Source: Atractiella rhizophila
Lineage: Eukaryota
Assembly (NCBI GenBank): GCA_021432655.1
Contig: MU271416.1
Coordinates: 1 to 63,429, forward strand
Direction: 5' to 3'
Length of the DNA: 63,429 bases
Below the pieces are notes generated by a model. That model ran no database searches. It saw only the letters and a list, made by a program, of their open reading frames with translations, and was not told the origin of the DNA. Made by a program: the position numbers and the translations under genes. Of the stretch, positions 13,891 to 26,434 are shown one piece after another (positions within the stretch are counted from its first letter, which is position 1; each line of letters begins with the position of its first letter).

Positions 13891-16800
13891 AGTGAGTATC
13901 CTGTCCTATCTGGCCACTGGGTCAAATGATTACTCGCTAGTGGGCGGTTCCCAGCTTTCGCAGCTTAAAGCGAAGAACAAACCAGTACTCGAGCCCAAAG
14001 GAAAGAAGAAGTCATCCATCACATCTGTATCCACTCGTCCTCACAAATACTCTCGTGGCTCTGATGCCAGCCCCTTCTCCGTTCAACTGTCGCACAAGAA
14101 GTTTCCCGTGCTCTCGCGCGAATCGATCAAGCAGGGAAAGGCGTACCAGACGAAATCCATTTCAGGGAAGCCCGAGCAGTCCCGTTTGCGCGGTGAGCAA
14201 GTGAGGCGTCAGCAGTTGCTGCCCCAAATCAGGGCTGCAAGAGAGGGAAGGTTCACAGAAGAAGATTCGATCGTGGATCGTCGGTGGGGGGAGAACGATC
14301 CAACTCTGAGTTTAGAGGATAAAGCTGCGAAGCGAAGCGGCTTGGAGAGGCAGATGATGATACAGAAAGGGAAAAAGAGGGGGAGGTTTGATTTAGAGCT
14401 GGAAGAAAAGAAAGGAGACATGACCCATTATGGGAGGAGCTTGGATGAGTGGGATAATGCTGGTCTTACGTTGGAAGATGAGCAGGATCATGGGTGGGGT
14501 GGCAAGCTTGGTAGTGGGGATTGGGAAAGAGTCAAGAAGTTCAAAGTTGACAACGAAGTCGAAGAAGAGGAGGGAGAAGAGGTACGACGTTTTTCAGCCC
14601 AGTGATTTGCAAGAGCTAATGATCTGCCTGATACTGTGTTCAAAGGGTAAGAAGAAGTCTAAGGCGGAAGTCATGTCTGAAATCATTCAGAAATCCAAGT
14701 TCTACAAGAATGAGCGGAGGAAGCAGAAGGATGCAGATGAAGAGCTCAGGATGGATTTGGATGACGAGTTTGACCAACTTCGAAGTCTGTTAGGTTTCCA
14801 AGGACGCCCCAAAAAGGCTATTGATGGCTCGGCGCCGGCACCTCTTTCAGAAAAAGAGCGTAAGAAATTGGAGTCAGAATCAGAGGGAGAGGTCGATGTT
14901 AAAGGGAGACAAGGGGTGGTAGATGAAGAGGGGCAGGAAGAGGAGGGAGAGGAGCAGCAGGAGCAGGGAGAGGAGGAAGAGGAGGAAGAGGAAGAGGAAG
15001 AGGAGGAAGGATCTGAGCTCGAAGAGATGGACTTCGGTGCCAACCTCGACGACCAAGGCGACTCGCGTCCTGATCGCCCGCCTCCTGGTCTTCCCACAAA
15101 AGGAAACACAATAACTATCCCCAACCCCTTCGCTTCTCTATCCGCTGACGCCAATGCAACCGTAACGCTGACCTTCGTCCGTCCCCCTTCTCCGGACGTC
15201 AGTGCACCTTCCCAAGTTGACCCTGGTCTCCTCTCATCTCTCCTAGGACGCTCACGTTCACCATCCCCCACTGTAGAACGTCCGAAATCAGAAGAGAAAG
15301 TGGAGGATAGAGGCGAAGACGATGATTATGACAAGTATGTGAGGATGCTCGCTGCTCTGCCTAAGAGTGCGAAAGCAGGAGACCGCGCGAGAACTGAGGA
15401 GGAAAAATTACGTGATCGGAGGGAGGAACTTATAAAGCGGGAAGAAGAAAGGAGGAGGAGGATGACGGGTGAGGTGAGGGACGATGACGATTTGGAGGCA
15501 GAGATTGAGGAGGATGAGCTGGGAGAGGATGAGCGCCTGAGAAGGATGGAACAGCGGTTAGCGAGGTTGGAGGATGAACAGGGGGATGGGGACAACGAGG
15601 ACGAGGACGAGGACGATGATGTGGTGGAAAATCTATTGGATGAAGAGGAGGATAGTGTGCCGACTGCCAAGATCCAACCACTCATTGCAACTCTCAGTAA
15701 AGCGAAGAATCAACGGAGTGGCCGTTCGGACGCTCTACCCTTTACCTTCCCTTGTCCATCGTCACATGAACAGTTCCTCAAAATTCTTGATGGAAGTGAT
15801 TTGACAGAGAACAGCTCAGAGAAGCTCGACACGATCATTGAACGCGTCCGAACTCTCTATCATCCGAAATTCGCTGAAGGGAACAAGAAAAAGCTGGAGG
15901 CATTTCAAACCGTCTTGATCGATCACTTCCTCTACATGGCTTCGTTTCAGGGACCTAATTCCTCGCTTCTCAACATTGTCACCAAACACATCCTCCCCCT
16001 TGCTGTCATTTATCCCGTTTCGACCAGCACGCACATCATCTCCAAGCTGAAGATAATTCAGTCCAACCTCACAGTCTCACTTGCCACTTCTCCTTCTTCT
16101 TGGGCAGGGAAGGCTGAACTGTCATTATTTAGGCTGATCGGCCTCATCTTCTCAACTTCTGACTATCACCACGCCGTTGTCTCCCCTGCCATGCTGCTCA
16201 TGGCACAATATCTCGGCCAGTGTCGGATTACAGACCTGCGTCATATCACCACTGGTCTGTTCCTCTGTTCATTGGTGCTCCAATACGAAGAAGAGTTCAG
16301 CAAACGGTTCATGCCAGAAGCCATCAACTTCCTCGCCAACGTCGTTGGACTGTTGATGGTACCGCGAGAAAAGGGGAAAGGCAGGAAAGATGAAGATGCG
16401 CTTCCTGGATGTCTTCCGTTTCTGGATTGGAACAAAGACCTGCGACACAAACTAGTGCTGGGCGAAGCCGAACGGCAGCTTGTACCGTCGAAGCTGGCAT
16501 TTGACAGCATTTGGGACCTTCAAGGAAACGAAAGTCAAATCAAAGTTAATCTCTCCTTCATGGTTCTTTCTCTCTCGGGAAGATATGCGAAGATGTGCGC
16601 TTCTCTTCCGGCCTTCCTGGAAATTTTCGAACCCGTGAAGGCCCTTATCGAGATGATTCCAGATGCCATCCTTTCACCTACGCTACAGGTATCACTCTTT
16701 TTGTTACGGTTTTTACGTTGTGCTGAAAGTTGCCCTCTAGAGCGCCAAAACGCAGCTTCTGAGTGACCTCTCGAGGATGATCAACATATCATTCAAATCT

Positions 16801-17175
16801 CGTCGTCCACTACAACTGCAGGATCATCGTCCAGTTGGGATCCCAACTTTTCTTCCCAAGTTCGATGACGACCATAATCTCTCCTCTCATTCCTTCGATC
16901 CAAATGCGGAGCGAGTTGCAGCGCAGAAGTTGCGAGCGCAGTATCGGAAAGAGCGGAAGGGAGCAATTCGGGAACTTCGAAAAGATAACAAGTCCCTCGC
17001 CGCTGAAGAGGCTCGACAGAGGAAGCAGGACGACGAACGGTACAAGAAAAAAGTCAATAGGATTATGGGAGGCTTGGAGATGGAAAGGAAGGAGGAAAAG
17101 GATTTTGCCAGAATTAAGGAACGGGAGAAGAAGAAAGACAAGAAGCGGGCAGGCGGGAAAAGCAAGAAGAAATGA
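13891..17175 (+). CDS. NOP14: Nucleolar protein Nop14 (SSU processome)
   Basis: MGGSQLSQLK start, IVDRRWGENDPTLSLEDK, MTHYGRSL, KKSKAEVMSEIIQKSKFYK, FSTSDYHHAVVSPAMLLM, KERKGAIRELRKD. Confidence 0.92.
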
Positions 17176-17452
17176 AGATGTGTTGAAGCTGGAGGTTCTG
17201 TCTGTTGTCAGAATGATTGGAAATTATATTTCTTTTGCGATGGAACTTGCAAAGTGAGGACGAGGAGAGCCTCAAGCTAACTTATTTCTTTTCATGGCAG
17301 CACACAGCACACATATGAACATGGCTTCTTGGCAAACCCAAGGGGCTTACTCTGACTCATTGAGCCACGTTATGTAATGACTTTATTCTGGCCAGCTTCT
17401 GGGAGAAAGCGGAGCGAAATCAAGAAACAGTTGCACTTCACGCGTTTTCGAC

Positions 17453-20400
17453 ATGGCAGACTGGGCAGAAGACCTCAGGCTCTCAGACTCCGAAGATGAA
17501 GCCGAATTTGAAGGAGAACTGGAGACGTCCGTTTCCTCCACCATATTCCTCATCGACGCCTCGCATGGAATGCTGGCGGGCAAGGACCGAATGCTAGAAA
17601 CTATCCTGAGAGGGTCCAAGGAGCTTATGAAGCGACGGATTGTGGCAGGAACAGGAAGGGATAAGGTGGGCGTGGTGTTCTACAATGTGGTAAGTCATTT
17701 CAACAGTCGATAAATGACATGGAAAGGCCGCCCGTATGAATCTATATGAACTATTGCTGCTTTCGAGCTAATAAAATTAGAACTCTGAGCAGTTCGTCAC
17801 CTATGAGTGTATTTGTCTATGTCTCTAGTCGAATGGTCCACCATTCCAATTGTCCTGAGATAAATTCTCGCAATACCGTGCAGAGTTACCGTGCAGAGTT
17901 TATCGCGATTTATATGTTTCATTTCAGCTGTTTGTAAAGCTGGATGCATTATGCGTGGGCTAGCACATTGTTTTGAGCATATTCATGTTTCCCCGTTGCT
18001 GTCTCACCGCAGAATATCAATACTAAGCAGTTTGTCAGGACGTAACGAGCAATTCGCCCATGAAGCAGTCTCAGGCGACTCAGAGACTGAGGAAGAAGCA
18101 TGTCTATGACCTGCAACCGCTCGCCGCACCGTCTGTAGACAGCATTAAGGGCATGAGCGATGCCATTTTAGGTGCAATGTTTTGCAAGGAGTGTTGGGAC
18201 TGACTGACCATCGTTAAAATTAGATATCTCGCAAATACCTGATGCACTCGTCAAAAGCCTAGGAGTTAATTCATCCGGAGAAGACAGCTTGGTTGACGCT
18301 CTCAAGCATTGTTCAGGAGCTTTCAAAGCTTTGTGCGGTGAATATTTGACGTCTGAGCCTCTGCTAATCGCGATCATAGTGCTCCAAAACTTTCGAATCG
18401 ACGCTTGTACTTCTTCACTGCCAGCGACGATCCTTTCCCCACCTCCGCTCACCCATCGGGAACGAAAAAGTCGAAGAAACAACTAAAAGAGGAACTGGAC
18501 TTTGAGATGAGCGCAATTAACGCGGCTTACACACAGGCGAAGAATTTGAATGAGATGGGCATCGAGCTGGTCCCGTTTTTCATAGGAACGGAAGACAAGC
18601 CTTTCGTTGTTGAGAAGTTCTATTCCGTGAGGCTCTAACTCGTTCTGTCTCCTTCACTAATACCTCATTCGAAGAAATTCCTGATAGAAAATGAGAGCAA
18701 TCTACAAGGCTTGGAGCATGAGGTCGACGAAGACAACAACGTTACGAGGATTCTGCCCATTTCGGTGGATGCGAAGGAAAAGCTCGATCTGCTGTTAGTG
18801 ATTATTGTTCTTACCTATGGGAGCACGCTCACTCATGGCACAGGATGCAACAACTGAAGGTTAAGCAACCAGTAAAGCGTGCTTTATTCAATGTACCGCT
18901 CACATTAGGCGATGGTTTGACCATTAGTATTACTGGGTAAGGGGTCTACTCTCCGTCATATCCCTCGTTCATGTCGGAATAGGTACTCTTACATTCAGGA
19001 GCAACTAAAACCCTCTTACACAAAAGTCGACCTTGATTCACGCACTGGTGCCGAAGTTGTGTCGAAAACTGAGTGGATCGACACGGTGCGCCTTGTTCTC
19101 TCACATGGAGGATTGTGGTCAGAATGTCTTGTTGTAGGATACTGCAGAGGTTCTCAACCCGAAGACGGATATCAAGAGCTGCCTATTCCTGGGAGGAAAA
19201 AGTGAACGTTCAGAGCCGAAGCGTGTTAGTACCAGGTACCCGGCTTTCGACCCGCTCACTCGTGTATAGGTGATCTTCTCGCCTGAAGAAATGAGGAAAC
19301 TAAAAAGCTTGGGAATGGAACCCGGTTTGTTTATCTGGTTAAATCGTCTGTGCTAACAGAGGGTGCAGGAATCAAGTTGCTTGGTTTTAAGGATCCGGAC
19401 GAGCTGAAATGGGAACATAACATCACGACTGCTAAGTTCATCTATCCTTCTGAGAAAGTGAGTACTTCTTGTCTAGGATACCTTTGGGTTTTTAAAAGGT
19501 CATGTGGTAGGTCTATACTGGTTCAACACGCGTCTTTTCAGCACTCTTGCAATCCATGCTCAAGCTCGACAAGATTGGTCTTGCCTTCTGTTATGAAAGG
19601 CGAGCAAGTGCTCCTCGTTTCGTTTATCTCGTTCCCAAGGTCCGTGCCATTCATAATCTCCACGATGATGCTGACACAGGCTTGCAGAAGGAGGAAGTTG
19701 ACGAAGACGGCATACAAATCGAACCACCTGGCATTGTGGTTATCCCGCTACCATACAGTGATGACATACGGGAGAACAAAATTGAAAAAACTGTGACGTG
19801 CATGACACGTGGTAAATCTCTTTTATGCTTTGACTACTGAAAGTTGATGGCCATATCAGGGGAAGGCGATGAAAAAGACCTCGAAGAGGAAGCTGGAAAT
19901 CATCCAGAGATCGAGAAGGCTAAGGAGGCTATTGCGAAAATGCGCATCAAATTCGAGCCGGAGAACTTCCCCAATCCAGGTACCTCCTTGCACTCATCAG
20001 TTCTTTCTCAGCTTTATTGACACGAGCGCGAAAGGCCTCAACCATCACTACGAGTGCTTGTCAGCCATAGCCCTTAATGAAGACATTCCAACAATCGACG
20101 ACAAGACTAAGCCTGACTTCGATCGCATACAGCAGGTATGCCTGTTCTCTGTACATCGCCTTTCTTCGAGTGCTGACTCGATAATAGCGGGTTGGAGAAA
20201 TTATTAAAGATTTTAAGGATTTAATCAATGTGCATCCCAACGCAGAGAACTTCATCAAAGTGGAAACTAAATCGCGCGCAACGAAGCGGAAGGTTGTGGA
20301 CGACGATGATGCGGCAGAGGCGACTGAAAAGGTGATAAAATTGTTTAGTGAAGGGAAAGAGAACAAGGTAGGTCGATTCCGTCCAATTGCGGAAGTTGAG

Positions 20401-20583
20401 ATAACATTCAAACAGCTCACTATTCAAGACCTCAAGACGTTCCTCATCAGCAAGCAGGCAAACATCAACAGCAAGATGAAAAAGGCTGACTTGATTGAGG
20501 CAGCCAAAGAGTATGTAACTCCTGCGAAAGGAATGAAGGAAGAGCCCATGTCCCAGCCTCCAAAGAAGAAGAAGAGGTCATAG
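17453..20583 (+). CDS. KU70: Ku70 NHEJ DNA end-binding subunit, many introns, C-terminal SAP-like domain
   Basis: TIFLIDAS (vWA), DKVGVVFYN, YFFTASDDP, GIKLLGFK, FIYPSE, PPGIVVIPLPYSDDIR, FPNP.LNHHYE, LTIQDLKTFL..KKADLIE. Confidence 0.88.
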
Positions 20584-21358
20584 CAGCTGTTTATTCGTCC
20601 CCAATTCATATTCCTATTCATGATTGTATTGGCCGTGGACAACGTTTTTGGACCTGCAAGTTTTCGCAAGCGTTTCTTCTTCTGAACCGTCTAAAAGTTC
20701 ATCATCGACGGGTAAAACAATCGGCCCAAACTAGATTTTCTCTTTCGTTTGCCTCTCCATGCTCTATGCAAAATAACGTATTGCTGAAGGCAAATGAAAG
20801 GCAGTTCAACAGAGAAGAATTCTCTTGGCGTAAATTTGAGAGAAGCGCAGGTGAGAGAGCGATTATTTTCTCTGAGACAGTTGTTAGAGAATATTTCAGA
20901 GAATAACTCTGGATCACGAGATCTCTTAACGGTCAACTTGCCAATATGAAATTGACAAGGTGACAAGGAAACTTTTCCTTTCGCAGTGCTCCGACAATGA
21001 AAAACAACAAAAAAAAAATCAACGAACGAAAAGGTGAAGGGAATTTGGGAAGGGGTTCCCCGAATTGCAAGGTAAAAAACAGACTCGTAAGTGCATGGTT
21101 TTCAACCCAGGTCTCACGTTTACCAATAACACTCTCATCATTTCCACTCTGCTACATCTGGGCTTGATCGCACTTACCTTCCTATATGCGCCATAGTAGT
21201 TGCACTCACGTTGCACTACTGTTCAAATCTATTCTCATCCGCACCGTTTATTTGGACTCAATGGCATAAGTTAGCTATTTCAAAGGCTTAATCACAGCTG
21301 ATTCGCAGAGCATCCATCCTAAATAACTCTTCGCTGTCGATTTTCCCAATCGAGACGA

Positions 21359-21845
21359 TCAGCAGCCGGAATATGCCTTGTGTATTTACCTGTGAGAACA
21401 TTTCTGGCGGGGGAAGGCATTTCCGCTCACCTTAGCTGAGTGGACGTTGGTTCCCCACTTCAAGCAGCTCCCAGACTTGACGGTGAACAAGAAACCTTGA
21501 CCATCACAATTGGTGCCAGTCCAGGCGCTGAGACATTTCTGATGTTGCCTGTATCAGTCTTGTCTCCTAGTGGTCAACATGTCACTCTGACCTTTTCATC
21601 GTTCGTGTAACTGGTCACGAAAATGCTATCCCCACCAACAGCAGGGATTGGCTGACATCCAGTATCTGAGATTATGCTCGTAAGGGATAGTGACTAGAGG
21701 CAGGAAGGATAGACGCACTATCCAAATTAGTGGCCCCTACAAACGTTCCAGTATTGCAGGCTCCAGTCCAGTAATTGACATCAAACTTGGCAACTGCCAA
21801 AAGGGGCATGGCGGCAAGAGCGAAGGCTACGTTGTAAAGCTTCAT
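21359..21845 (-). CDS. Small secreted cysteine-rich protein (about 110 aa, effector-like), missed by the ORF track
   Basis: Spliced by eye: MKLYNVAFALAAMPLLAVA (signal peptide) KFDVNYWTGACNTGTF..TGCQPIP..KCLSAWTGTNCDGQGF..GSCLKWGTNVHSAK..YSGC*, about 6 Cys, GT-AG introns. Confidence 0.7.
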
Positions 21846-23091
21846 TCTGATCTTTTGCTTGTTCGATTTCCGATTTGAGACTTGGGAGCTGATACTTTTG
21901 CTTCTTCCCTAGCCTGCTTTTATAGTGTCGTCGACATGAGTTGGCACGACCATGGAAAGCGTTCTTGTTGCTAGTTTGAGCTGCGTCACAGGTAGTTGTG
22001 GAAATCCTTCAGAGCTTGCGCGGATGCCACGGAACAGGAAAACCGAAAATCTTTGGGTACTTACTCCTACCCGTTGATAATATGATAATAGAGTATGGAA
22101 CGTCAGTGTACTCTCACGTGGTACTTTTACCATTTCAGGCATGTCAACCAATGAAGGGGTTGTCACAGGACTCCACATGATGTTACCGATGGTACTTCGA
22201 GTGTAGATGTTGTTCCTGTTGGTCTCCGTTTCTTGCGTGACGAGAAATTGTAGCTAGGTCCTTTCTCTGTAAGGAGACGAAGACCCGCGTGATCAGGCTG
22301 GGGCTTGGAACGCTGCTGTAGGCCTAGTGCCGTATTACTTCTGAAAATCAGCTTATATGGAACGCAAATTGCTGTTTGGTACGAGTAAGCGGAGCACACA
22401 CCACTTTTGCTCCTTCAACACCCGTGCTCGACAACTGCGAACCGCTCATTATTCGAGTCAGGACACAATCCGGCATGCCTAGAATCAGCATTGGACGTCG
22501 ACGTCGGACTGCGCGTGCTCTGGATGAATCTCACCATCCAGTGTCTGACGCTTCTCGAAAGGAAGTTTTGAGCTTCCCCCTTCAATTCGATTGTTATTGC
22601 TGGTTGGTGTGCTAGTTATTGCGTTCACAAGCGTCAACTAACACAGGGAGAGCTGAGAGCGAGGTGACAGGCTAGTTCAAGGACATGGAACCGAATTAAT
22701 TTCTGGATGATCGATGAGCATGGTTCGGCGTTGAAGATGAGGAAGTAGGAGGGAGCAAGGGAAGGAAAGGCAAGCGGCCCATTGGAAATATAATGCTTAT
22801 TTTGATCCCGCCGCCTTCTCGTCCTTCAGGGGACCATATCACTGAAGACAGTGACAACCGAGTGGTGTCCTCGTGTGCCTTGTCGAACCACACCATCACC
22901 AACTTTTGTCTTTACTATACTGGGTCCATATGATAGTCATACTCTTACAGTAACACTTCCTTGTAAACTACATCATGCTCCTTTCCTCTCTTGCACAATT
23001 ACTTGATTATGTAATGGATGAGTACCCTGACCCTACTTCTGGACTCAGAGTTGTTGATTATCACTATTCCAGATATTCGATTGGAGTCGGC

Positions 23092-26000
23092 ATGGACTCC
23101 ATCACAGATCCTCTCACGGCTTCAGCATCCTCCATTTTCTCTCCAACTGTCAACCAGAGCGAAGTGACCACTCCTTCAGAACCAGGCAGATCGTTGTCCC
23201 CCACCGCATCCATCCCGAAAAAGAACTACAGATTTTCAACTCAGGTAGCTTCCATTGTTGAGTGTCGCAATGTCTGAACTATTATGTACAGGTTGTGACG
23301 ATTGAATCTCCTGATGCCAGTCATGCAGACCAGCATAACGCCAGCAGCGTACCGATCTACCAGTCGGCCACCTTCAAGGGAATGGGTGGGAAGTATGATT
23401 ATACCAGGAGTGGGAATCCGACTAGGAGTCACCTAGGTCCGTCTTCCTGTTGTTCTTTAGAAGGGATATTCGTTTTGCTCTTTCATTGTCACCTCCTACA
23501 CAAAAATGCTGCGCGTATGGCGTTATGTCCCTTCACACGAACATCATTCATTGAATGGATTCTTACAAGCATTATGAAGAGAATGTTCATGCGTCGTTGT
23601 TTTAGAACACCACATTGCCAAAATCTCTGGCTCTCGCCACGCCTTTGCCGTGACTTCAGGCATGGGAGCCCTTGACGTGATCTTCCGAGTGCTGAAGGCA
23701 GGGGACGAGATTATTGCTGGTATGTTCAGTTTCACCTATTACAAGCTGCTCTGAACTGTATCACAAGGGAATGATCTGTATGGTGGATCAAACCGTCTTC
23801 TGACTTACCTTGGAACGCACTCTGGAATCAAGACGCACCATGTCGACACAACGAATCTGGAAGCTATTCGGCCATTTCTAACAAAAGACCACAATGTTAA
23901 ACTGGTCCTGCTTGAGTCCCCAACCAATCCTCTGCTTCAAATCATCGATATACCAGCCATATGTACGATGATCCATAACTACAAAAGGGAAGCTATTGTT
24001 GTTGTCGACAACACCATGATGAGCCCCTACCTTCAACGTCCTTTGGAACTAGGCGCCGACATCGTCTACGATAGCGGGACGAAATACCTTAGTGGGCACC
24101 ATGATTTAATGGCTGGTTTGGTCTGCTGTAATCGTGACGACCTGGCACAGGTACGCAAACTCATTTATCTTCAGTTATGTGTCTCATGCCGCATTTCAGC
24201 AAATGGCGTTCGTGATCAACTCCATCGGCAATGGCCTCAGCCCATTCGACTCCTTTCTCCTCCTTCGAGGCGTCAAAACCTTGTCCATCCGCATGGACCG
24301 TCAGCAAATGAACTCTATGCGAATTGCGACGTACCTTGATCAGCTTGGATTCCGTGTCCACTATCCTGGACTGCCCAATCATCCAGGGAAAGAGATTCAC
24401 GACCGGATCTCAAAGGGCAACGGGGCAGTCCTCAGCTTTGAAACAGGCGACAAGGAGTTGAGCGAGAAGATTGTGGGCGGAACCAGGCTGTGGGGAATCA
24501 GCGTGAGCTTTGGATGTGTGAACAGCTTGATCAGCATGCCTTGTCTCATGTCGTACGTTCCGATCCTTCCTTTGAATTACTGAGCATTTCAAACTGGTGT
24601 TTTGTAAGCCATGCCTCCATCGATCCTGCAGTGCGAGCAGCTAGGAACCTACCTGAGGATCTCATCCGTCTCTGCGTTGGTATCGAGGATGTCGAAGACT
24701 TAATCGAGGACCTTGAGGCTGCTCTCATCGAAGCTGGGGCTGTTCATTACGTCGAAGGACGTGCTGGTGGGCCATTCCTCCGAAGAACTGGGGCGTCGGC
24801 GATGGCGAAGCTTTCGATTCAAGGAGAGATCAGCGAACTGGTGACTTCGGCTCCAGGAAAAGTTATTTTATTTGGAGAGCATGCTGTTGTGCATGGCATT
24901 GTAAGCTTATTCCAAATTGCCCCTTGTTCATATTTAAGACATGATTCAGACTGCTATTGCCGGATCTGTGGATTTACGATGCTACGCCTACACCCAAAGA
25001 AGGGAAGATTCCAAGATTGTGCTGTCTTTGCCAGATGTAAACGAAGAGTTTGGTTGGGAGGTTGACGAACTTCCTTGGGACGACTTGGAGTTTGATTCTG
25101 TGGAGGACGTTGCGAATCATGCCCTCAGTGCGACCGTCCTCGACCTGTTGGAGAAGCAGCTACGCAAACGGGATAAGGAGATCAAGATAAGTGGAGCGAT
25201 AGCTTTTGCTTATCTGTATATGCACTTGATCGGGAGGGAGAAAGCGTTTGTCCTTTGTCGTAGCATCAAAAACAGTTTTGACCTCGTGAACTAGGCACGG
25301 GATTACGATGACCATACGTTCCTCTCTTCCCATTGGAGCTGGCTTGGGCTCCTCCGCTGCTTTCTCAGTCACCATCGCGTCCGCTTTCCTCTACATGTCA
25401 AAGCGACTCCCCATTGCTTCTCCATCTCCAGAGGAAGAAGCACATCATCAAGGCCGACGTGCCATCCCAGTTGACCAAGCGGACCTCGTCAACGGTTGGG
25501 CTTTTGTTGGAGAAAAGATTCTGCATGGTAATCCCAGTGGAGTTGATAACTCGGTCGCTACTCATGGTGGCGCCATTGCCTTCACCAAAGGAATTGGTGG
25601 CAAGCCAGCTCAAATGGAGGGACTGCACGGGTAAGCTCATGGTTTATGCTCTCAGGGAAAGTGACAAATGGATCTCTAGCTTTAAGTCAATTCGCTTCCT
25701 CCTGACAAATACAAAAGTACCACGGGATACGAAGACTCTCGTTGCTGGCGTCGGAAAGCTGAAGGAACAGGTTTGTTATTTTCCATCCTTAAACTGTATC
25801 CAATACGAAGTCGAATAGGATCCTGAGGGCATCAAGCGTATTTTTGACGCAATTCAAAACATTAGCGACGAAGCTCGGAGGTGTCTCCTCGATACCGAGA
25901 TGCCACGAGATGAGCAAATTGCCACTTTAGAGGTAGATTATCTTTTTGCGTCTCCTCTAGGTTTGACATGCTTCCCAGTCACTCGTCGATCAAAATCATG

Positions 26001-26434
26001 GATATTTGAATGACCTCCAGGTCTCTCATGAAGCTTTAGAGGTTATCAAGCAGACAACAGCGGCGGCACCATTCAACCTTCATACAAAATTGACCGGCGC
26101 CGGAGGGGGTGGCTGTGCAGTGACAATAATCCCTGATGGTGAGCTTCTTCATCAGGAGCGTCTTTAACGGACTAATCTCGCTCCTTTAGATTTCTCGGAC
26201 GCTCTTCTGGGACGTCTGACCACCCAACTTGCGGATAAAGGCTTTGCTCCCTATCTCACGTCTGTGGGAGGTTCGGGTTATGGGATTCAGCTGCCTAATG
26301 GCAAAAGAGATGCCGTCCGGTCTGAAGGAGGAAACGAAGCATTCACGCTGCCTGGCTTGGAACGGTTCAAGCTTGCGCGTCCTGAACAACTATCCGATTG
26401 GGCGGAAAGCAATGGGAAATGGATATATGTGTAG
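23092..26434 (+). CDS. STR3-ERG12: Cystathionine beta-lyase fused to mevalonate kinase
   Basis: PIYQSATFK, YDYTRSGNPTR, YDSGTKYLSGHHD (PLP Lys), LIRLCVGIED then, within the same exon, [48 protein letters not shown]. Start uncertain (in-frame ATGs from 22975). Confidence 0.9.

Noticed and set aside
14702..15804. Ser- or Pro-rich antisense ORFs and GAG/GAA runs
   Set aside because: Shadows of the acidic low-complexity region of Nop14.
21850..22970. Short ORFs upstream of the fusion gene
   Set aside because: No motifs or consistent exon chain; treated as intergenic.
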